From a virus (lineage: Duplodnaviria; Heunggongvirae; Uroviricota; Caudoviricetes): 64,000 nucleotides of DNA. The position numbers and the translations under genes were made by a program. A model generated the notes under the pieces. The model saw only the letters and a program-made list of their open reading frames with translations, made no database searches and was not told where the DNA came from. This document shows positions 8,963 to 17,477 of the stretch, one piece after another (within the stretch, counting starts at the first letter, position 1; each line of letters begins with the position of its first letter). The DNA lies in the IMG/VR virus record IMGVR_UViG_2703718775_000013; one strand, 5' to 3'.

Positions 8963-9751
8963 ATGCTGGAAAAAGACTACCAGTTATCCGCATATAAAAA
9001 ATTGGCCGCCGCCGGTGGGATGAAAACACCTGGTGCCATAACATCGGCACGAAACAGTGCTAACACAGCAAAACTGCTTGCAGAAGAATTGACCGGATTA
9101 ATTCTGGATACAATTGTCTATCCCGACACTATTACCAGCTATGTTTCAACGATCAGAACAACCACAACCGGCTTAACGAACATTGGAGAACTGGCAACTA
9201 AGCACGCGGACCTGTTGGCTGGTTATGCAGATCTGTCAATGCTGCTTCAACTCGATATTGGTTGGGATGTTTACTGCCGTGCTAATGAGCGAGAAGTTTC
9301 AGAACTGCCGATCTCTATTGCCATTGGTGATGTGAATATTACTAAATCGCTTGAGGACGCTGTTAACGCGCTTAATACATCAAGTTTAGTCGCTGCAATG
9401 GGGGAGATTAACCAGGCCCTTAACACTGGCTCAGAAAGCTCGTCAGGCTCTGGTTCAGGCGGCGGCACTGCCACTCCCCCACCAGCACTAACAGAAGAGC
9501 AAATTGAATCTCTGAAAGTAGCAACTGAACAGTTTGGGGTTGTTTTCAACCAGACAACAGCACCCACAACTGCGTTACAACAGCAGTATGAACGAGCGAA
9601 TGAAAGCGCCAACGTAGCCATAACTGCTTATAACCATGCTATCGGTACCGCGCTTGCGGAAGCATCAGCAAATAAGGCCAGCACAGCCAGCGCAGTCGCC
9701 GCTTTGGTTCCTGATTCTGTTCTTGATGAATTAAACAAAGCGGCACGGTAA
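8963..9751 (+). CDS. hypothetical protein with Ser/Gly-rich linker
   Basis: ATG at 8963 preceded by AGGAGA; 262 aa (ORF track gives a longer 8906 start). Confidence 0.6.
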   Translation: MLEKDYQLSAYKKLAAAGGMKTPGAITSARNSANTAKLLAEELTGLILDTIVYPDTITSYVSTIRTTTTGLTNIGELATKHADLLAGYADLSMLLQLDIGWDVYCRANEREVSELPISIAIGDVNITKSLEDAVNALNTSSLVAAMGEINQALNTGSESSSGSGSGGGTATPPPALTEEQIESLKVATEQFGVVFNQTTAPTTALQQQYERANESANVAITAYNHAIGTALAEASANKASTASAVAALVPDSVLDELNKAAR

Positions 9752-9790
9752 CAAAGGACTTCATTGATAATTTTTCTTCAGGAGGAAGAC

Positions 9791-10213
9791 ATGTCATTCT
9801 TTTCTACGTTAAAAACAGCTTTGTCTTTGAAGGAGAAACTTGCTGCTACTGGTGTTCTTGTTCTGATTTGCGCACTTGTTGGTGCTGGGTTTGCATGGGA
9901 ACGTCATCAGCTAAAGCAAGCCATGGAGAAAATTGGCAGTCTTGATCAGGCTGTTAAGGAACGTGATAAGTCAATAATGGATCTTAACCAGACCATTGAG
10001 ACGATGAACAAAGCAGAGCAACATTTTCACAGCCAGGAAGTGAAAAATGAATCAGAACAAGCCAAATATGCTGACAGGCAAATGGAACGAAAAGCTGAAG
10101 TTCAGAAACAACTGGTTGCGGCGGGTAATGTTCGCCAGCGCATTCCTGCTGACACTCAGCGGTTGCTCCGGGAGTCGATCAGCGAATTTAACGCCGACGC
10201 CGACAAAGGTTAA
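9791..10213 (+). CDS. i-spanin (Rz-like)
   Basis: ATG at 9791 preceded by AGGAGG; N-terminal TM helix (ATGVLVLICALVGAGFAW) followed by coiled-coil-like charged region; overlaps an out-of-frame lipoprotein ORF. Confidence 0.65.
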   Translation: MSFFSTLKTALSLKEKLAATGVLVLICALVGAGFAWERHQLKQAMEKIGSLDQAVKERDKSIMDLNQTIETMNKAEQHFHSQEVKNESEQAKYADRQMERKAEVQKQLVAAGNVRQRIPADTQRLLRESISEFNADADKG

Positions 10214-10379
10214 CCACCCTGCCCCCAAAAGTGCGTTTATGTGCAGGATGCCAGAGTTTAGCAGTGAATATTTTGATGATCTGCCAGCGTATATCCTCGA
10301 TACAGAAACGATGCTGATGGGGATTAACAGGAAGAATCGCAACGTTAATGATTACAACCGCGCTATCAGCGGTAACTAA
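10068..10379 (+). CDS. o-spanin (Rz1-like outer-membrane lipoprotein), overlapped with i-spanin
   Basis: Alternate frame inside and beyond the i-spanin gene; signal peptide plus lipobox LLTLSGC, Pro-rich mature part (TPTPTKVNHPAPK). Start could also be ATG at 10128. Confidence 0.6.
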   Translation: MLTGKWNEKLKFRNNWLRRVMFASAFLLTLSGCSGSRSANLTPTPTKVNHPAPKSAFMCRMPEFSSEYFDDLPAYILDTETMLMGINRKNRNVNDYNRAISGN

Positions 10380-10390
10380 AAGGGATTTTT

Positions 10391-10783
10391 ATGTCTGATA
10401 AAGTAACAGTAAAGCAAACTATCAACAAAGCGACTTCAATTTACAAAATTGAGCACATCACTGTTGGCAAGCCAGGATCTGAACAATACCGTCATGCTTT
10501 CGAGCTTGCCGATCAGCTTGGTTTAAAACACCCGGATTGCATCGAGCATGTATTTCCGACCTATGCTGATGAGCAATGTACTCATGTTCTTACCGAAGAG
10601 GATTTTTTCAGCACTGAAGAACGAGAAGGCGTTGATCGCTGCATTGGTGTGATTTGCTCTTCAGTGAGTTATGAGTTATTCCCTAATGTCCATGAAAATG
10701 GTGGTATTGGATACCAATTCCTGTACGAAGGCGATGAGCTTAAATGTTATGAACATGGTCTTCTTATCGAAAGCGTAGAATAA
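10391..10783 (+). CDS. hypothetical protein
   Basis: 130-aa ORF with RBS-like spacing, followed by hairpin plus T-run. Confidence 0.6.
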   Translation: MSDKVTVKQTINKATSIYKIEHITVGKPGSEQYRHAFELADQLGLKHPDCIEHVFPTYADEQCTHVLTEEDFFSTEEREGVDRCIGVICSSVSYELFPNVHENGGIGYQFLYEGDELKCYEHGLLIESVE

Positions 10784-10825
10784 TACCCTTCCTTCCAACC
10801 GGCTATGTTGGCCGGTTTATTCAAC

Positions 10826-10905
10826 TTATCCACAGCATAGATCCAATAAACAGATCCTAAAGAGAACCCAGGAAGATCCAAAGAAGATCCCGGATCGCTG
10901 TAAGC
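10826..10905. promoter_or_regulatory. oriR-like origin core: DnaA box TTATCCACA (10826-10834) and cluster of five GATC sites
   Basis: Perfect DnaA box consensus and GATC-rich segment directly upstream of the iterons and repA, as in P1 oriR. Confidence 0.7.
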
Positions 10906-10936
10906 CGCGCCATTTCTGGCCTGAAATGGGATCAAC

Positions 10937-11058
10937 ATTGACTATACGCGATTTTATGTTGACTGTGCACGATTTATTGTTGACTGCACGCGATTTATTG
11001 TTGACTATATGCGACAGAAACATTGACTGTACGCGATTTTAGAGCCTGACTATTCACA
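10937..11058 (+). repeat. origin iterons (five to six direct repeats of about 21 bp, TTGACT(A/G)T(A/G)(C/T)(A/G)CGATTT)
   Basis: TTGACT motif recurs at 10938, 10959, 10980, 11001, 11023 (21-22 bp phasing) immediately upstream of repA. Confidence 0.85.
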
Positions 11059-11116
11059 GTTGTTGATAACTGCAATCCAGATGACGCCAGGCCGCGCCAC
11101 ATATGGAGAAACCACG

Positions 11117-12001
11117 ATGCTGGAAGAAAATAAAGGCTTCCTTAGCGTTGAAGAAGTTGCAGGAAATACAGGAGAAATCCACAGCCTGAAACCCAATAAC
11201 AATAGCACTATACAACCCATTGCTTTGTTGCGCTTAGGTGTGTTTGTGCCAACCTTAAAATCTACCAATGTGGCACTACGTCGCGGATCGTCAGTTACTA
11301 CAAACACAACGAACGCAACCGAAGAACTATCAAGCCTCAAAATTGTTGAGCAGGAAGGCTATGAGGGAATTGAAATTCATGGTCCACGCCTGGATATGGA
11401 TACTGATTTTAAGGTGTGGGTGGGCATAACCTCCGCGTTGTTTGACTACGCACCTGATGATGACGGCATAATCACCCTGCCATTCTCCGAGTTTGCCGAT
11501 CGATGCGGCTATCCACGTAAGCGCCTTTCAAAGGCGTTCCGTAAAAGTATTGATGACTCTCTGACACGCATTCAGCAGACAGTTGTCAAATTCCGCTTCC
11601 CGGCGGCAAAAGGTCATCTCAATAACATTAACGTCAACTTGTTGGCATATAGCAGCCTGAATACCGAGCTTGATGTTATCGAGATCCAGCCGCAGAAACA
11701 GCTATCTGAACTTTACTATGTTGACTATAAGCGAATCCTGAAGCTGAAGATGCTGGATAAGCTCGGGCGCAAAGAGACGGCCAAGGTACTGTATACATTC
11801 TTTGAGGCTCTACCCGCCAACCCGGCACCTGTCAGCATTGAGCGCCTTAGAGCAAGGCTTAATCTCAAATCATCCGTTAGCGTGCAAAATAGCGTTATCA
11901 GAAAAGCCATGAAAGATTTGGAAGCTATTGAATATCTTAAATTTTCAGAGATAAAAAACGGCAGGAAAATCGGCTTTCAGATCCATAAGCGCAATCCATA
12001 A
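11117..12001 (+). CDS. repA: plasmid replication initiator RepA (iteron-binding)
   Basis: ATG at 11117 with GGAG 9 nt upstream; protein contains LRLGVFVP...HGPRLDMDTDFKVWVGI segment as I recall for P1 RepA; flanked by iteron arrays on both sides. Confidence 0.8.
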   Translation: MLEENKGFLSVEEVAGNTGEIHSLKPNNNSTIQPIALLRLGVFVPTLKSTNVALRRGSSVTTNTTNATEELSSLKIVEQEGYEGIEIHGPRLDMDTDFKVWVGITSALFDYAPDDDGIITLPFSEFADRCGYPRKRLSKAFRKSIDDSLTRIQQTVVKFRFPAAKGHLNNINVNLLAYSSLNTELDVIEIQPQKQLSELYYVDYKRILKLKMLDKLGRKETAKVLYTFFEALPANPAPVSIERLRARLNLKSSVSVQNSVIRKAMKDLEAIEYLKFSEIKNGRKIGFQIHKRNP

Positions 12002-12003
12002 TA

Positions 12004-12259
12004 TTGACTATATGCGATAGCGAGAAGTTGACTATAGGCGACATTCGTTGACGCTGGTGGATTTTTGCTGGCGTCAATATTCTGCAAGTCGCTATTGAGA
12101 TGGCTTTTAGGGTCATTTCATCGCGTATAGTCAACGTTTCTCCCGACAATATCTTACATAGTCGATCTTTGGTGGAGTTAAATCGACTACAGTCAACTTT
12201 TGACTGTAGTCACATCGCGCATAGTCAACTATTCACATTAACTTTCGCGCATAGTCAAC
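12004..12259. repeat. incA-like control iterons (about nine copies in both orientations)
   Basis: TTGACTATATGCGA, TTGACTATAGGCGA and reverse-orientation CGCG(C/T)ATAGTCAA copies downstream of repA. Confidence 0.8.
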
Positions 12260-12293
12260 ATTTGCGCGGTTCTCATCAAGCAGTGGTATTGAT

Positions 12294-12629
12294 ATGCAAG
12301 AAGAGAAACAACACTACCTCTACGTTCTGGTGCCGGAGAACGGAGATACTTTTAAAATCGGCATTTCATGTGGTCCATTGGCACGGTTTAAAGGGCTACA
12401 AGTGAGTCCCGATTTTGCGCTTTCACGGGTCTATCGTGGTACGCGTTTGGCAATGGTTAATCTTGAGCGGGCTTTACACGCAACCTTTTTCCCCTGGAAT
12501 GCGCCGTGGGAGAAAAGCGCCGGTGGCGGGCATACTGAATGGTTTACACGAGAGTGTCTTGATAAGGTTTTGGCTCATATCGAATATCTAAATGATATGT
12601 GGGGAGGGATTCTCGAGCGCATTAAGTAG
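12294..12629 (+). CDS. GIY-YIG-like (T5orf172-type) domain protein
   Basis: 111 aa; N-terminal YLYVLVPENGDTFKIGIS followed by conserved R, H and EWF, the pattern of T5orf172/GIY-YIG-like domains; motif-level inference. Confidence 0.5.
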   Translation: MQEEKQHYLYVLVPENGDTFKIGISCGPLARFKGLQVSPDFALSRVYRGTRLAMVNLERALHATFFPWNAPWEKSAGGGHTEWFTRECLDKVLAHIEYLNDMWGGILERIK

Positions 12630-12698
12630 AATGATTTACTTCAGCGTCCAGTAGATGCTGCTCGCTCTTTCGAAAAAGAACTGGATGTTACTTCTATC

Positions 12699-13103
12699 GT
12701 GACTTTCAAAGATGACGCAGGAATGAGGGACGTGGCTTATGTCTCCATATCTGGCTATGAACCGGACGCGATCCGCGCTCAATGTGAATTGCTGAAAGCA
12801 ATGTTTATGCTTCGGACTAAATATCCCTGGGAGACAGGGCGGGTGTGCTTCCCTATGGAAGAGTTAACCGCCACCATTGATTCTCAGCTTTACCACGATA
12901 ATCCAGAGAAGTTTTTTAGCCTTTTAGCCGGTAATGGGCTTAACTGTGTGTCCGGGCTGGGGCGAAGTAGAATCCAACATGCCTCGCTCTTCGGTCCCTT
13001 CTTTTACGATCGACACGGGTACTTTGAGGCTGAACTTCCGGCGCTTACGCGTGCTATAGATACTATCGATTTCGAACGATTATTCGCTGCTCTTAGCAAA
13101 TAA
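12699..13103 (+). CDS. hypothetical protein
   Basis: 134-aa ORF followed by strong rho-independent terminator. Confidence 0.55.
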   Translation: MTFKDDAGMRDVAYVSISGYEPDAIRAQCELLKAMFMLRTKYPWETGRVCFPMEELTATIDSQLYHDNPEKFFSLLAGNGLNCVSGLGRSRIQHASLFGPFFYDRHGYFEAELPALTRAIDTIDFERLFAALSK

Positions 13104-13107
13104 CACT

Positions 13108-13132
13108 GATGCCCCTGAACGGGGCTTTTTTG
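13108..13132 (+). terminator. rho-independent terminator
   Basis: GCCCCTGAACGGGGC hairpin followed by TTTTTT. Confidence 0.75.
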
Positions 13133-13271
13133 TGCCTTTCTTGTAACTCTCAATCGTGCAAAATGAACAAAACATGCAGAGAATGCCATGTACAAGCATC
13201 TACGCATACATTATTATTTTATGCAGCATTTTTAATTAAATTCAAAAATACAGCATAAAGGATGACTTTCG

Positions 13272-14468
13272 ATGAGTGATTCCAGCCAGCTTCACAAGGT
13301 TGCTCAAAGAGCAAACAGAATGCTCAATGTTCTGACTGAACAAGTACAGTTGCAAAAGGATGAGCTACACGCGAACGAGTTTTACCAGGTCTATGCGAAA
13401 GCGGCACTGGCAAAATTGCCTCTACTGACTCGAGCGAACGTTGACTATGCCGTAAGTGAAATGGAAGAAAAGGGTTATGTTTTCGATAAACGCCCTGCTG
13501 GCTCTTCAATGAAATATGCGATGTCAATTCAGAACATCATTGACATATATGAACATCGCGGAGTGCCAAAATACCGGGATCGCTACAGCGAAGCGTATGT
13601 GATTTTCATCTCCAATCTTAAAGGCGGTGTGTCAAAAACTGTATCGACGGTTTCTCTGGCGCATGCAATGCGTGCTCACCCTCATCTTCTGATGGAAGAT
13701 TTAAGGATTCTGGTTATTGACCTTGATCCGCAATCTTCAGCAACGATGTTTTTAAGCCATAAACACTCTATTGGTATCGTAAACGCAACATCTGCACAGG
13801 CTATGTTGCAGAATGTAAGCCGTGAAGAGCTGTTAGAGGAGTTTATTGTTCCTTCTGTTGTACCTGGGGTTGACGTTATGCCTGCGTCGATTGACGATGC
13901 CTTTATTGCATCCGATTGGAGAGAGCTGTGCAATGAGCATCTACCGGGTCAGAACATCCATGCTGTCCTGAAAGAAAATGTGATTGATAAGCTGAAGAGC
14001 GATTATGACTTTATCCTCGTTGATAGTGGTCCTCACCTTGACGCCTTCCTGAAAAATGCTTTGGCCTCGGCCAATATACTGTTTACACCTCTGCCGCCAG
14101 CAACTGTCGATTTCCACTCATCGCTTAAATACGTTGCCCGCCTTCCTGAGTTGGTGAAACTCATTTCGGATGAAGGCTGCGAGTGCCAGCTTGCGACTAA
14201 CATTGGTTTTATGTCCAAGTTGAGTAACAAGGCAGATCATAAGTATTGCCATAGCCTGGCTAAAGAAGTGTTCGGTGGGGATATGCTCGATGTCGTCCTC
14301 CCTCGCCTTGACGGTTTTGAACGTTGCGGCGAGTCTTTTGACACTGTTATTTCAGCTAACCCGGCAACGTATGTTGGTAGTGCTGATGCATTGAAGAACG
14401 CGCGAATTGCCGCGGAAGATTTTGCTAAAGCAGTTTTTGACCGTATTGAATTTATCAGATCTAACTGA
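13272..14468 (+). CDS. parA: partition ATPase ParA (type Ia)
   Basis: 398 aa; deviant Walker A NLKGGVSKT, N-terminal DNA-binding extension; sequence and length as I recall for P1 ParA. Confidence 0.9.
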   Translation: MSDSSQLHKVAQRANRMLNVLTEQVQLQKDELHANEFYQVYAKAALAKLPLLTRANVDYAVSEMEEKGYVFDKRPAGSSMKYAMSIQNIIDIYEHRGVPKYRDRYSEAYVIFISNLKGGVSKTVSTVSLAHAMRAHPHLLMEDLRILVIDLDPQSSATMFLSHKHSIGIVNATSAQAMLQNVSREELLEEFIVPSVVPGVDVMPASIDDAFIASDWRELCNEHLPGQNIHAVLKENVIDKLKSDYDFILVDSGPHLDAFLKNALASANILFTPLPPATVDFHSSLKYVARLPELVKLISDEGCECQLATNIGFMSKLSNKADHKYCHSLAKEVFGGDMLDVVLPRLDGFERCGESFDTVISANPATYVGSADALKNARIAAEDFAKAVFDRIEFIRSN

Positions 14469-14484
14469 GGAGTAAGAAACCCCC

Positions 14485-15486
14485 ATGTCAAAGAAAAACA
14501 GACCAACAATTGGGCGAACCCTTAATCCTTCAATATTAAGCGGATTTGATAGTTCTTCAGCCTCTGGCGATCGAGTCGAGCAGGTATTCAAGTTATCAAC
14601 TGGTCGCCAGGCCACATTTATTGAAGAGGTAATACCTCCGAACCAGGTAGAAAGCGATACCTTTGTTGATCAGCATAACAACGGGCGTGACCAGGCATCT
14701 CTTACGCCAAAATCATTAAAAAGTATCCGAAGCACTATTAAGCATCAGCAATTTTACCCTGCAATAGGTGTTAGACGGGGTACAGGGAAAATTGAAATTT
14801 TGGATGGTTCCCGGCGTCGAGCTTCTGCCATCTTAGAGAACGTAGGGTTGCGGGTTTTAGTCACGGACCAGGAGATCAGCGTTCAGGAAGCGCAAAATTT
14901 AGCGAAAGACGTTCAGACAGCATTGCAGCACAGCATTCGAGAAATAGGTCTGCGTTTGATGCGAATGAAAAATGATGGGATGAGTCAGAAGGATATTGCA
15001 GCCAAAGAAGGGCTGTCTCAGGCTAAGGTCACGCGTGCTCTCCAGGCAGCGAGTGCTCCGGAAGAATTAGTCGCCCTTTTCCCTGTGCAGTCGGAATTAA
15101 CCTTTTCGGACTACAAAACGCTTTGTGCTGTTGGCGACGAAATGGGGAACAAGAATTTAGAGTTTGATCAGCTTATTCAAAACATATCCCCGGAAATAAA
15201 CGACATCTTATCCATTGAAGAAATGGCCGAAGATGAAGTTAAAAATAAAATCCTGCGCTTGATAACAAAGGAAGCCTCACTACTCACGGATAAAGGTTCT
15301 AAAGATAAGTCCGTAGTTACTGAATTATGGAAATTTGAGGACAAGGATCGCTTTGCAAGGAAGCGCGTGAAAGGCCGTGCATTTTCTTATGAGTTTAATC
15401 GACTTTCAAAAGAGCTACAGGAAGAACTCGACAGGATGATTGGGCATATCCTTAGAAAGAGCCTCGATAAAAAGCCGAAGCCTTAA
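14485..15486 (+). CDS. parB: partition protein ParB (centromere-binding)
   Basis: 333 aa; immediately downstream of parA and upstream of parS. Confidence 0.9.
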   Translation: MSKKNRPTIGRTLNPSILSGFDSSSASGDRVEQVFKLSTGRQATFIEEVIPPNQVESDTFVDQHNNGRDQASLTPKSLKSIRSTIKHQQFYPAIGVRRGTGKIEILDGSRRRASAILENVGLRVLVTDQEISVQEAQNLAKDVQTALQHSIREIGLRLMRMKNDGMSQKDIAAKEGLSQAKVTRALQAASAPEELVALFPVQSELTFSDYKTLCAVGDEMGNKNLEFDQLIQNISPEINDILSIEEMAEDEVKNKILRLITKEASLLTDKGSKDKSVVTELWKFEDKDRFARKRVKGRAFSYEFNRLSKELQEELDRMIGHILRKSLDKKPKP

Positions 15487-15487
15487 A

Positions 15488-15575
15488 CTTTCGCCATTCA
15501 AATTTCACTATTAACCTACTGTTTTTAAAGTAAATCCATCTAAAATTTCAAGGTGAAATCGCCACGATTTCACCT
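15488..15575. promoter_or_regulatory. parS centromere (box A ATTTCAC and box B TCGCCA motifs flanking an AT-rich IHF-like site)
   Basis: TCGCCA at 15491, ATTTCAC at 15503, then GTGAAATCGCCACGATTTCAC at 15552-15572; architecture matches P1 parS. Confidence 0.8.
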
Positions 15576-15710
15576 TGGATTTTACCTTCCTCCCCTACTC
15601 CCGAAAAAATAAAAAAATTGCTTGTCACGAGAAAGTCAACAAGTGACTTTCAATAAAATCTCTTCCGAAAAGGGATTCACACAAGTGCCTTGTGTTTAAG
15701 GAAGAGTAAA

Positions 15711-17417
15711 TTGAGTAACTTACGCGAATACCAGAATCGTATTGCAGATATCGCAAAACGCTCTAAAGCTGTGCTTGGCTGGGCAAGCACTGCGCAGTTC
15801 GGTACTGATAACCAATTCATTAAAGATGATGCCGCGCGTGCCGCATCTATCCTTGAAGCTGCACGTAAAGACCCGGTTTTTGCGGGTATCTCTGATAATG
15901 CCACCGCTCAAATCGCTACAGCGTGGGCAAGTGCACTGGCTGACTACGCCGCAGCACATAAATCTATGCCGCGTCCGGAAATTCTGGCCTCCTGCCACCA
16001 GACGCTGGAAAACTGCCTGATTGAGTCCACCCGCAATAGCATGGATGCCACTAATAAAGCGATGCTGGAATCCGTCGCAGCAGAGATGATGAGCGTTTCT
16101 GACGGTGTTATGCGTCTGCCTTTATTCCTCGCGATGATCCTGCCTGTTCAGTTGGGGGCAGCTACCGCTGATGCGTGTACCTTCATTCCGGTTACGCGTG
16201 ACCAGTCCGACATCTATGAAGTCTTTAACGTGGCAGGTTCCTCTTTTGGTTCTTATGCTGCTGGTGATGTTCTGGACATGCAATCCGTTGGTGTGTACAG
16301 CCAGTTACGTCGCCGCTATGTGCTGGTGGCAAGCTCCGATGGCACCAGCAAAACCGCAACCTTCAAGATGGAAGACTTCGAAGGCCAGAATGTACCAATC
16401 CGAAAAGGTCGCACTAACATCTACGTTAACCGTATTAAGTCTGTTGTTGATAACGGTTCCGGCAGCCTACTTCACTCGTTTACTAATGCTGCTGGTGAGC
16501 AAATCACTGTTACCTGCTCTCTGAACTACAACATTGGTCAGATTGCCCTGTCGTTCTCCAAAGCGCCGGATAAAGGCACTGAGATCGCAATTGAGACGGA
16601 AATCAATATTGAAGCCGCACCTGAGCTGATCCCGCTGATCAACCACGAAATGAAGAAATACACCCTGTTCCCAAGTCAGTTCGTTATCGCGGCTGAGCAC
16701 ACGGTACAGGCGGCGTATGAAGCACAGCGTGAATTTGGTCTGGACCTGGGTTCCCTACAGTTCCGCACCCTGAAGGAATACCTGTCTCATGAACAGGATA
16801 TGCTGCGTCTTCGCATCATGATCTGGCGTACTCTTGCGACCGACACCTTTGACATCGCTCTGCCGGTTAACCAGTCCTTTAATGTATGGGCAACCATCAT
16901 TCGTGGCAAATTCCAGACTGTATATCGCGACATTATTGAGCGCGTTAAATCTTCTGGTGCGATGGGGATGTTTGCTGGTGCTGATGCAGCATCTTTCTTC
17001 AAACAGTTGCCGAAGGATTTCTTCCAGCCAGCCGAAGACTATATCCAGACTCCGTATGTTCACTACATCGGTACCCTGTTCGGTAACGTGAAAGTGTACG
17101 AAGTACCTGCTGGTATTTGTAAGAACTTAACGACAGAGAACATTCAGTTCAGCTCGATGGATGTGCTGTGCTACGTCCGTGATGAAAATCCGGGTAAAGC
17201 AGGCTTCGTGACTGGTGATGCTGTCCCGGCTATCCCGTTCCAGCATCCGACCACTCCGGCGCTGGTCAACCGTACCACACTGTGGGGTTCGGCTATCAAC
17301 GATATGCACCCACGCAACGGCGCTGATTACTTCACTCGTGTAACGCTGACAATGGCCAAAAAAGGCGGGCTTAACTTCATAAGCGGCGACACGATTGATG
17401 CCGGTGACTCTGAGTAA
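15711..17417 (+). CDS. major capsid protein candidate (P1 gp23-like, about 62 kDa precursor)
   Basis: Probable TTG start at 15711 with AAGGAAG SD (ORF track ATG at 15690 lacks SD); size and position after parS fit recalled P1 gene 23; no homology search done. Confidence 0.5.
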   Translation: MSNLREYQNRIADIAKRSKAVLGWASTAQFGTDNQFIKDDAARAASILEAARKDPVFAGISDNATAQIATAWASALADYAAAHKSMPRPEILASCHQTLENCLIESTRNSMDATNKAMLESVAAEMMSVSDGVMRLPLFLAMILPVQLGAATADACTFIPVTRDQSDIYEVFNVAGSSFGSYAAGDVLDMQSVGVYSQLRRRYVLVASSDGTSKTATFKMEDFEGQNVPIRKGRTNIYVNRIKSVVDNGSGSLLHSFTNAAGEQITVTCSLNYNIGQIALSFSKAPDKGTEIAIETEINIEAAPELIPLINHEMKKYTLFPSQFVIAAEHTVQAAYEAQREFGLDLGSLQFRTLKEYLSHEQDMLRLRIMIWRTLATDTFDIALPVNQSFNVWATIIRGKFQTVYRDIIERVKSSGAMGMFAGADAASFFKQLPKDFFQPAEDYIQTPYVHYIGTLFGNVKVYEVPAGICKNLTTENIQFSSMDVLCYVRDENPGKAGFVTGDAVPAIPFQHPTTPALVNRTTLWGSAINDMHPRNGADYFTRVTLTMAKKGGLNFISGDTIDAGDSE

Positions 17418-17477
17418 TCAGGGGAAGTTCTCCGTTTAACATAGCGCCCCCGTGCGGGGCGCATAACAGGGAAAGTT

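Noticed and set aside
10937-12259. Tandem direct repeats considered as possible CRISPR array
   Set aside because: Repeats are 21-bp iterons with TTGACT core flanking repA in both orientations, no unique spacers of regular length and no cas genes; classic plasmid origin/copy-control iterons.
15690-15710. ATG at 15690 as start of the capsid candidate
   Set aside because: No SD upstream; a TTG at 15711 is preceded by AAGGAAG at ideal spacing, so the ORF-track start is probably an artefact of ATG-only calling (uncertain).
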